The position numbers and the translations under genes were made by a program. A DNA stretch of 64,000 nucleotides. Source: a virus. How positions within the stretch are numbered: position 1 is the first letter of the stretch; each line of letters begins with the position of its first letter. Shown one piece after another: positions 56,439-64,000 of this stretch. The notes below the pieces were generated by a model. It made no database searches. It had not been told where the DNA came from and saw only the letters and a list, made by a program, of their open reading frames with translations. The DNA lies in IMG/VR virus record IMGVR_UViG_3300033512_000347, positions 21,083 to 85,082 of that record; one strand, 5' to 3'.

Positions 56439-58805
56439 TTAAACTTTTCTATCTGATATAGCTAATGGTGTTAATAATTCTTGAGAAACTTTATTTCCAT
56501 CTAAATTAACAACCATTCCTCTTTTTAACTCTCCAGACATTACTCTAATCTCTGATATTAATTGGTCTAGTTTATTATTAAGAGATGATGCTAATGAAGA
56601 AACATTACCACCTTCTGATTTCTGTCCGCCCATCAAATCAGTTCCTGCTATAACACTATCATCTTTATTTAATTGTATAGAACCTTTAGGACCAGATAAT
56701 ATCATCCCCCCATCAGGACCTACCATACCATCATCCATACTAGTTGTGGATTTGGCTGAGTTCATTGCTGCTACAGCAGCTGCTATACCTCCGGCAATTG
56801 CTATAGCTCCAATACCAAGTGTAGTAGCGGATGCTGTAGAAATAGCAGCAATAGCCATGGATATCATACTAGGTAATGCTGCTGCCGCAGCTATAGCGGT
56901 TCTTATAAGTCCTGGGACTAAAGATGCGGTAACAGCAACTCCAGCTGCTGTTAATGCTCCAGCTATTCCTGCTGTTATAGGTCCCATATCTGCTAATGTT
57001 TGAGATAATGATTTCGTTGGGTCTATTATGGAATCTATTATTTCTTTGATACCAACAAAAGCATTAGATATAGGAGTTAGAATAAAAGATACTAAATCTA
57101 GTAGAGGAGAAACTATATTCATTATAGGACCTGCTATTGATACAAAAACTTCCTGTAATTTTTCTGTTAAAGCTAAAAATCTTTCTTGAGTTGTTGTGGA
57201 TTGTAATTGTCTAGCATAATCTTCATTTCCTAATTTATTTAGGAACTCTGTTTCTTTTGCTGTACCTTTTACCAATTCGTATTTTTTCTTTAAATCTCCT
57301 AAATCCTTAGCACCAACAGCTCTTATAGATTCCTGTTCCATAAGCATCCCTCCAAGTTCGTCTCTTGACATACCAATAGCTTTGGAATATGATTCTTGTT
57401 GTAAAACATTCATTTTCCCAAATTTTTCGGATGTTATTCCCTGTTTGTTAATCTCTTGGGCTAAACCAGATATATCATTAGTTAATGCAAAATATCTTGC
57501 TCTTTCTAGGTTAAGAGATTTACCTGTCATTACTTCAGCTTCAAATTCAGAAGCAATTGAGCTTTCTATATTCAATAAAGAATTCTGTATTCCTTCTATT
57601 TGTTTTAATTCAAGTCCTATTTTTTTAACTTCAAATGCGGCTTTAGCTAATTCTTTTGGATTTTGAGCAAATGTTACTAAAGTAGCTTTAGATATATTAG
57701 ATATATCATTTAATAATTTTTTACCATTTATTGAAGTAGCATTTTGAGCATTAAGTGCTTTTACTTGACCTAAATATGTTGTAGTTAATTCTTTAGATGA
57801 TTTATTATTAATTAATGATAATTTTGATAACATTGTAGATGCTTCTACAGTGTAACCAGCCTGTTTAGTTAATTCGGTGAATGTTACTAACATTTCACCA
57901 CTTAAACTATTATTAGTACCTAATGAATTATTTAACGTGTTCTGAGCCTCAACTAATGATTTAGTATTAATAAAAGTATTATTAGAATTTGAAGCTATTT
58001 TAGTTAGTTCTTGATTTATTTTATTGGCTTCTCCATAAGAAATTCCAAATTGTTTAGCTGTTTCTCCAGCCATTTTATCTACATCAACCATTGATTTAAC
58101 TAATAAACCAACTGATAGTTGTAATATATTCATGGGAGATAATAAACCTACAATATTTTTTAAAACTCCTCCAGAAAATTTGGTTAATATTCCAAAAGAT
58201 GTAACATTTCCTTCATTTTCAGCTACCCAATTTCTTGTATTTTGTACTACTTCTTCCAATTTTAATTGTTTGGATAAATTCCCAAACCCTATTTTATCTA
58301 AAGCTTTACCTAATCCCTCTGCTATTGCTGGGGCTAATCCTAGTTTTTTGTTTATCTGATCAACTAATGTATATTCTCTTTCTAAGGATATTATTATTTC
58401 ATCATTATTTAGTTTCTGTTCTCTAAGACCTTGGATTATTTTATTTACTGTTTGTAGATTTCTTCCTCTTAATGTTCTAGATTTATCTATCAACTCATTT
58501 ATTTCAGTCTCTAGAGAATTTGAGATTTTTTGAGATTTAATTCTATCCTTTTCAATATCTGATAGTTTTCTTGATAGGTTATTTCTTTCTTTTAATTTAT
58601 CTATTAAGTCTTTGTTTAAATCTGATAATTCACGATTTGTTCTATTAATACGTAATCCTTGTTCTCTGTTAATTTGTGCTAGTTGGGATAATTGTCTTGA
58701 TAAAGATATCTGTTCACGAATTTCATCCGAATTTAATCGGGTTGCTTCCAGTTGTTCGTTAATTAGTTCGTTTTGTTGTCTTAAATTATCTAGTTCTAAT
58801 CCCAT
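56439..58805 (-). CDS. Tail tape measure protein
   Basis: Long helical Ala/Leu-rich protein, hydrophobic block, follows chaperones. Confidence 0.85.
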   Translation of the reverse strand: MGLELDNLRQQNELINEQLEATRLNSDEIREQISLSRQLSQLAQINREQGLRINRTNRELSDLNKDLIDKLKERNNLSRKLSDIEKDRIKSQKISNSLETEINELIDKSRTLRGRNLQTVNKIIQGLREQKLNNDEIIISLEREYTLVDQINKKLGLAPAIAEGLGKALDKIGFGNLSKQLKLEEVVQNTRNWVAENEGNVTSFGILTKFSGGVLKNIVGLLSPMNILQLSVGLLVKSMVDVDKMAGETAKQFGISYGEANKINQELTKIASNSNNTFINTKSLVEAQNTLNNSLGTNNSLSGEMLVTFTELTKQAGYTVEASTMLSKLSLINNKSSKELTTTYLGQVKALNAQNATSINGKKLLNDISNISKATLVTFAQNPKELAKAAFEVKKIGLELKQIEGIQNSLLNIESSIASEFEAEVMTGKSLNLERARYFALTNDISGLAQEINKQGITSEKFGKMNVLQQESYSKAIGMSRDELGGMLMEQESIRAVGAKDLGDLKKKYELVKGTAKETEFLNKLGNEDYARQLQSTTTQERFLALTEKLQEVFVSIAGPIMNIVSPLLDLVSFILTPISNAFVGIKEIIDSIIDPTKSLSQTLADMGPITAGIAGALTAAGVAVTASLVPGLIRTAIAAAAALPSMISMAIAAISTASATTLGIGAIAIAGGIAAAVAAMNSAKSTTSMDDGMVGPDGGMILSGPKGSIQLNKDDSVIAGTDLMGGQKSEGGNVSSLASSLNNKLDQLISEIRVMSGELKRGMVVNLDGNKVSQELLTPLAISDRKV

Positions 58806-58829
58806 TGTTGTTATTTATTATAAATATAA

Positions 58830-58854
58830 AAGGTCTCTATTTTTTAGAGACCTT
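58830..58854. terminator. Inverted repeat AAGGTCTCTA-TTTTT-TAGAGACCTT
   Basis: 10-bp stem overlapping the stop of 58837 ORF. Confidence 0.5.
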
Positions 58855-59113
58855 GGTTGTGTATTGATTATTTGATATTTGTGGTTTTGATATTTTATCA
58901 ATATTAGTAGTATTAGATATTATATTTTCTTGCTCTTCTACAGCTTCATTTTTCTTTCTATAATATTCCTCTATTTTTTTATAAGTAAAATTTCTTAACC
59001 AGATAGGCATATTATAAATATCATTCCATGTATAACCACCATTTCCATGAAATACTATTTCATGAATATCAGAGAATAATTTTATTCTATATTGTTGATT
59101 CAGGCCAAAAAAA
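58837..59113 (-). CDS. Tail assembly chaperone extension (gp51/GT-like), probably reached by frameshift
   Basis: FFGLNQQYRIKLFSDIHEIVFHG...YNMPIWLR; overlaps end of 59087..59854 at a T7 run. Confidence 0.6.
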
Positions 59114-59854
59114 GTTAAGATTAATTGGAATAGGAGTGCCCTCCAATTCACCCTCTTCTCTATAAATTAATTCAACGTCTGGGGCTACTCTTTTTATTTC
59201 TTTTCTAAGCTCTTTACTATCGCGAGCTAATAAACCCCCATTTTCCACAAATTCTCTGATGTTTTTAGTATCCCTATCACCATCTATAGATGTAATAATA
59301 TATTTTAATCTAGTTGATAATTCAGGTGTTGCCTTATTAGGAAATATTTTTTTAATACCCTCTATCTCTTTTTCAATTTTTTTCTCGTCTCCATGAGTTA
59401 AAAGTTTAAAAGTAATATTATGACCTGTGTGAGGTAATTTAAAAGGAAATTCATTTGTTCTTTCTTTTACCATATCATCAACATTTAATATCTTATCATC
59501 TAATGTTGTTAAATCTATGGTTTTATCTACATATTCTCCATCTGAATTAAATGATTTAAACGAATATTCTTTACCATACCCCAATATACGTGATGCTATT
59601 AATATAGCGTTTTTGTCCCCTAATATTAAATCATCTATATTTATTTTGGAAACTAATAAAGATTCTATAAGTTTATCCAATACTGTTCCTTGTCTTATAT
59701 AGTTTTGATTAGTTAATATATCCTCTTCTAAAGCTCCCATATATTTCATTTCTACAGTACCAGATGATAATGGATTTTCTTCAGAATATATCAAACCCCT
59801 TGATGGGAGTTCTACTATTTCTGTCGGAATTTTAAATTTTGATTCTTGACTCAT
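59087..59854 (-). CDS. Tail/baseplate assembly chaperone (T4 gp26-like)
   Basis: ELPSRG..Y, MKYM...EEDIL, GDKNAILIA.R, ends FFWP. Confidence 0.7.
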   Translation of the reverse strand: MSQESKFKIPTEIVELPSRGLIYSEENPLSSGTVEMKYMGALEEDILTNQNYIRQGTVLDKLIESLLVSKINIDDLILGDKNAILIASRILGYGKEYSFKSFNSDGEYVDKTIDLTTLDDKILNVDDMVKERTNEFPFKLPHTGHNITFKLLTHGDEKKIEKEIEGIKKIFPNKATPELSTRLKYIITSIDGDRDTKNIREFVENGGLLARDSKELRKEIKRVAPDVELIYREEGELEGTPIPINLNFFWPESTI

Positions 59855-59944
59855 AATTAAATTTTATATTTGTATATAAATATATAAGGAAAAAGAAAAA
59901 CCTAATATTTCTATTAGGTTTATAATTAAACTTATGAATCGTTT

Positions 59945-60433
59945 TCAATAATTTAAGATACAATAATCCATAACTAATTCCATACTAATTTCATTAGCTG
60001 TATCTCCTGATGCCCAATCAAATTCTCCAAAATTAGCAGTTTTAACAAAAGCACCTTTAATAATCCATTCAGATACTATATCTCCTACAGGCCCCATAAA
60101 ATTAAGTGTAATATCTTTTTTGTAAAAATCTGAGTATCCATCTCTACCTGTTACAGATTCATGAGCTAAACGTGCCCATTCCATTACTGATTGGGCTCCT
60201 GATGGTGCTATTGGATTATATATAGATATATTCATATTATTCCAATTAACTTTGCCTTTAATTTTACGGTAAACATTAATATGGTCTAGTTTAATTTCAC
60301 CTGCATCAAATGAAGGTGCAGATACTTTTTTAATTAAATATGATGGAATACCATCTATATACATTATATGTCTATTTGCAACGATTGGCTCGAAAGCGGT
60401 GAACATCATTTCATTTGTTGATAATACTGCCAT
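59945..60433 (-). CDS. Tail tube protein (gp19-like)
   Basis: FEP...NR, W.......Y.P..PSGAQ.VMEW, W..KGAF, L.MDY. Confidence 0.85.
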   Translation of the reverse strand: MAVLSTNEMMFTAFEPIVANRHIMYIDGIPSYLIKKVSAPSFDAGEIKLDHINVYRKIKGKVNWNNMNISIYNPIAPSGAQSVMEWARLAHESVTGRDGYSDFYKKDITLNFMGPVGDIVSEWIIKGAFVKTANFGEFDWASGDTANEISMELVMDYCILNY

Positions 60434-60489
60434 TTATATAGTATTTTAGATTTATTTATTTTATAACCATAAATATATAAGAAAAAAAA

Positions 60490-60508
60490 AGACCTCAATA
60501 AGAGGTCT
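60490..60508. terminator. Inverted repeat AGACCTC-AATAA-GAGGTCT after sheath gene
   Basis: Followed by long T-run on minus strand. Confidence 0.6.
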
Positions 60509-60514
60509 CAATTT

Positions 60515-62170
60515 TTATATAGTAGCTCCGGTTGGAGTTATATTAAAATCTAATATAACATACTCAACGGATTTAGTTGGTTGAATAAATATTTGTCCTA
60601 CTAATTGGTTTCTATCAATAATATCACTAGTATTATTAGTATCATCCATCACAACTCTATAAGAGTATAATCCATCTCTTTGTTGAATAGAATCTAAATA
60701 AGGTCTTACTTTAGCTAAGAAACTATTTCTAGTAGATGATGTATTGTTCTCAAATACCATTGTGTTTCCTATTTGACCAATCGTTCTTTTTAATTCAATT
60801 AATAATCTTCTAACACTGATTCTATCTAAAGCAGATGCTTTAGATTGTAATGTTTTTTGTCCATATACTACAATACCTTGACCTGGAAATGTTGCTATTG
60901 GGTTTACTTTTCCTAATTGAAGTGAATCTCTATCTGTTGGAGATAATTTTCTTTCAGTTTGGATAACTCCTGGTACTCCACCTCTTCTAAATCCTGCTGG
61001 TGCAAACCATGTTGCTCCTGCTCTATCATTATATTCATAAACAGATGGGATAATTGTTGATGGAGGAACCCATGTTAGTTTTCCAGTTTGTGGGGAATTT
61101 ACTTGAACCCAAGGATAATAAGCGGCCGCATAACTAGAATCTATCTCACTAGCTTCAGACACTGCAGTAGCTATATTATCTCCTTTATCTGTTACATCAA
61201 CTACAGCTATAGAATCACCTCTATCTATACAAGTTTGGATAGCTAATGCTACTACAGAACTATTTGTTGGTTGAGTAGCTCCTGGAACTGTTAATATATC
61301 AAATTGGAATTCGTCTTTATTAGATAATAATGCTAATGAAGCAGTATAATCATTATCGGGTGTTCCATACACACTTGATAAATTTCCTGTGGCACCACCA
61401 AATGTTCCTGATGATGTAGTTGGTATTGATGATGTTAATGATGTTTTAGGTAGACCGTTATTATCGAAATAATTTAATGTTGGGGTGTTTACTTGTTTCA
61501 CTCTAACATATTTACTTTTGTTGGTATAATCACCTTCAATTTGAAGGTAACCATCACTAAGTGTTGATGTTTGATTACCGATTACAGATTCAATATAATT
61601 AGTGGAATTTGGGTCTAAAGACAAACCACTCCAAGATTCTAATACAGTTTTAGAATTACTAGTATCACTACCTCTTCTAATTAATAAATTAAAAGTACCT
61701 GTATTAATATTTACTGAAGGTATTTCCCATCTTAGATTATCTGCAGATCCGCTTATTAAAGTACCATTAGTACCTTCAGATCCTGAACTATTCATTATTG
61801 CTCCTGCTGATAACGTTTCTAGAACAAATGCACTAGATGCAGTAACTTGGGTATTTAATATTGAGGTGGAGGTAGCAGGTGTAAAAGTACCTGATACTAC
61901 TCTGGTTACTAATAATCCTGAACCTCCTTGTTGGAAGTAGTTATAAGCAGAGATTGATGTTAAATATTCATTTATGGTTGATCCGCTTTCAAATGTACCT
62001 CCAAATTTATTTAAATAGTCACTATATGAAGTAACTAAAGTTGGTATATTTACAGGACCTTTCACTGTTGGACCAACAATAGCAGCTCCGGCAATTTGTG
62101 GACCTTGAACAATCTGTGATTGATCATTTTCTCTGGTTAAAACACCAGGTGATAAAAGAGTTTCTGTCAT
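60515..62170 (-). CDS. Contractile tail sheath protein
   Basis: SPGV..RE.D, GPTVKGP, AAYYPWV, WFAPAG..RG, VNPI..FPGQG, YGQKTL, RISVRRL. Confidence 0.95.
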   Translation of the reverse strand: MTETLLSPGVLTRENDQSQIVQGPQIAGAAIVGPTVKGPVNIPTLVTSYSDYLNKFGGTFESGSTINEYLTSISAYNYFQQGGSGLLVTRVVSGTFTPATSTSILNTQVTASSAFVLETLSAGAIMNSSGSEGTNGTLISGSADNLRWEIPSVNINTGTFNLLIRRGSDTSNSKTVLESWSGLSLDPNSTNYIESVIGNQTSTLSDGYLQIEGDYTNKSKYVRVKQVNTPTLNYFDNNGLPKTSLTSSIPTTSSGTFGGATGNLSSVYGTPDNDYTASLALLSNKDEFQFDILTVPGATQPTNSSVVALAIQTCIDRGDSIAVVDVTDKGDNIATAVSEASEIDSSYAAAYYPWVQVNSPQTGKLTWVPPSTIIPSVYEYNDRAGATWFAPAGFRRGGVPGVIQTERKLSPTDRDSLQLGKVNPIATFPGQGIVVYGQKTLQSKASALDRISVRRLLIELKRTIGQIGNTMVFENNTSSTRNSFLAKVRPYLDSIQQRDGLYSYRVVMDDTNNTSDIIDRNQLVGQIFIQPTKSVEYVILDFNITPTGATI

Positions 62171-62224
62171 TTTATTTTTATGTTAATTTATTTTATATAT
62201 AAATATTAAAATGTTTTTGTAAGA

Positions 62225-63208
62225 TTAAAACAAAGCATTCCATGTTTTCCCATCCCAAAAATATGGTTTTGGAGGAATGCTTGATGAAACAGCAAATGAA
62301 CCTACAGGAACACTAGTTGGGAGAGGATTCTGGGGTTTTAATGATAGTATATTAGTAATATTAACACTCCCTGTAACATCCATATGAGAACCAGAAGCAT
62401 AGATTAGATTACTCTCATTCCCAAACGAAACTCCATTTCCTATTATAAAAGCACCAGCACCAGATATTGGAAGATTCCATATACCCTGAACATGTTGATA
62501 GTTGCTTATAGCTATAGTTGAGAGACCTTCAGCGTGAGACGATATACCATAGGTAGCAGTAACTTCACCTTCAGCATGGGAATAGTCTCCCAAAGCTTGG
62601 GAACCATTACCTTCAGCATGAGAACCAGTTCCTGATGATTGGCTAAACCCTTCAGCGTGAGAGTAATCACCTAAAGATAAAGAACCTATACCTTCAGCAT
62701 GAGAGTATGACCCAGATGATCTAGTGTCAAAACCTTCAGTATGGGATGCAAATCCTGAAGCTGTAGTATAATAACCTTCAGCATGAGAGTATGATCCATC
62801 AGCATTAGTATAATAACCTTCAGCATGAGAGAAAAAGTTGTTTGTTTTAGTATGTAATCCCTCTGCGTGGGAACCTATTCCATTTGTGGTAGTTTGTTGT
62901 CCTTCAGCATGGGAATATGAGGCATTTGTTAATACACTACCACCATTAGATAATTTTCCATCAATATATTGATCTCCTTGAAATGTATTAGAACCTGTAG
63001 TAGCTAATGAACTTGAGTCAAAATTACTACCGGATAATGGTATATTAGTTAATAAAGAGCCGTCTCCGATAAAATATGATGCCGTTATTGAACCGGATAT
63101 TTGTATTTCTGTATTAGGTGTTTCACCAGATAATGCATCTATAATACGAGTAATATGTTCGGATTTTATTTGTTGTTGTGGAGCTATTCCACTTTTTGAT
63201 ATTTTCAT
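62225..63208 (-). CDS. Tail fibre/adhesin with YadA-like beta-roll repeats
   Basis: Ten SH(A/T)EG repeats; AFIIGNG stalk motif. Confidence 0.75.
   Translation of the reverse strand: MKISKSGIAPQQQIKSEHITRIIDALSGETPNTEIQISGSITASYFIGDGSLLTNIPLSGSNFDSSSLATTGSNTFQGDQYIDGKLSNGGSVLTNASYSHAEGQQTTTNGIGSHAEGLHTKTNNFFSHAEGYYTNADGSYSHAEGYYTTASGFASHTEGFDTRSSGSYSHAEGIGSLSLGDYSHAEGFSQSSGTGSHAEGNGSQALGDYSHAEGEVTATYGISSHAEGLSTIAISNYQHVQGIWNLPISGAGAFIIGNGVSFGNESNLIYASGSHMDVTGSVNITNILSLKPQNPLPTSVPVGSFAVSSSIPPKPYFWDGKTWNALF
62525..62926 (-). repeat. Ten in-frame 14-aa (42-nt) SHAEG repeats, one of 13 aa
   Basis: Recurrent CCTTCAGC(A/G)TG(A/G)GA on plus strand. Confidence 0.9.
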
Positions 63209-63235
63209 TTAGAGTTGTTTTTTTAAATATAAATA

Positions 63236-63469
63236 TTAATATTCCCCGGTTTCTAAATTAATATCTATGTTTCCATATTTTGAAATTAGGAATTCTTTTA
63301 ATGTTTTTTCTTCGTTTTGGATATCATCTAATAAATTTTTAGCTTCTTTTTTTCTTTTTTCTAAAACTATCTCATTAAATAATATTTGACCCAATTCAAG
63401 AAGTATGTCTCGGGATTTTTTTTGTAATTCTTGTAATTGATTTAACTCTTGTTGTTCTAATTTTTTCAT
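63236..63469 (-). CDS. Coiled-coil hypothetical protein
   Basis: Ends KYG...INLETGEY. Confidence 0.6.
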   Translation of the reverse strand: MKKLEQQELNQLQELQKKSRDILLELGQILFNEIVLEKRKKEAKNLLDDIQNEEKTLKEFLISKYGNIDINLETGEY

Positions 63470-63474
63470 AATTT

Positions 63475-63876
63475 TTATTTAAAATTTTTAATTTCTTCTT
63501 CTGTCATTATCCATCTTATACAATGACCCCCATATTTCCATGATGGGATATCTATTATATATAATATATAATATAATAATAACCCAACCCAATTCAAACT
63601 ATTTTGTAACTTTTTAATACCTGTAGTAGAAGATATAGTTTCCCCCAATCTACCATATTTGTAATTTTCCCCATATTTAGAAAATAACCAATTCCAAAAT
63701 TCGGGGAATAAATAATTTCCAAATATATCAATTAATTTTGCTTTTTGATACATTTTATGGGAAATTATTTTATACCATTTTCTATTTTTAGTTTTAAAAA
63801 AGATAGAAAATATACTTTCAAAAATAAATACCATACAAAATAATATTAATGATATCGGTGCTAATATTAATCCCAT
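63475..63876 (-). CDS. Hypothetical membrane protein
   Basis: N-terminal TM; IDIFGN...GETISS..G...HC. Confidence 0.6.
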   Translation of the reverse strand: MGLILAPISLILFCMVFIFESIFSIFFKTKNRKWYKIISHKMYQKAKLIDIFGNYLFPEFWNWLFSKYGENYKYGRLGETISSTTGIKKLQNSLNWVGLLLYYILYIIDIPSWKYGGHCIRWIMTEEEIKNFK

Positions 63877-63877
63877 A

Positions 63878-64000
63878 TTAAAATGTTATTGCTGTTAAAA
63901 ATACTTCATCTATTTGTTGGTCTGTTAAGTTTAAAAAAGATTTTGCTATAAATATTAAATCTTGGGAATATCTTTCAAACGTTCCACTTTCGGTATATGA
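63878..64000 (-). CDS. Partial CDS (C-terminus), tail-fibre-associated-like
   Basis: Manual translation ...LNLTDQQIDEVFLTAITF*. Confidence 0.5.
   Translation of the reverse strand, partial: SYTESGTFERYSQDLIFIAKSFLNLTDQQIDEVFLTAITF

Noticed and set aside
956-59702. All plus-strand ORFs in the track (e.g. 11750..12274, 38673..39047, 43004..43456)
   Set aside because: Antisense shadows of well-supported minus-strand genes, with no recognisable motifs.
10774-60508. GGTCTC/GAGACC (BsaI-type) sites as cloning scars
   Set aside because: They form natural hairpin stems at gene ends, and no vector sequence is present.
62525-62926. Regularly spaced DNA repeats resembling a CRISPR array
   Set aside because: They are in-frame codon repeats of SHAEG, and no cas operon is present. 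The PD-(D/E)XK gene is a stand-alone phage exonuclease.
1-64000. Stop-codon reassignment
   Set aside because: Long conserved genes are intact in the standard code, and TAA, TAG and TGA all occur as true ends.
1-64000. tRNA or rRNA genes
   Set aside because: No cloverleaf/T-loop or rRNA-like segment recognised by eye; tRNAscan was not run.

Overview
A 64-kb segment of a large, very AT-rich lytic myovirus genome. Essentially all real genes lie on the minus strand, and the plus-strand ORFs are antisense shadows. A Bacteroidota host is inferred from nine TTTG-N19/20-TAT(A/G)TT promoters and A-rich leaders without a Shine-Dalgarno sequence. In transcription order (high to low coordinates) the window holds: a contractile tail module (fibre, sheath, tube, chaperone pair with a probable programmed frameshift, tape measure, baseplate, GH19 hub); a T4-like replication module (PolA-like protein, gp32, UvsX, 5'-3' exonuclease, gp41 helicase, NrdB, NrdA); a lysis cassette; a 7-deazaguanine cluster (queD, TGT/DpdA-like, queC, folE, queE) followed by a kinase, a 2OG-Fe(II) dioxygenase and a MazG-like gene; a split family-B polymerase, sliding clamp, GroES/GroEL and clamp loader; then five glycosyltransferases, an LpxA-like gene and a NAMPT+PRS (NARP1-like) NAD+ pair. 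The most striking feature is nrdA. It is fractured into two genes by a naturally split intein inserted in specificity loop 2 (DQ|GGNKRKG), with an HNH endonuclease cassette between the halves and Gly, not Cys/Ser/Thr, at the +1 position. All family assignments come from motif recognition by eye, and no database searches were run.
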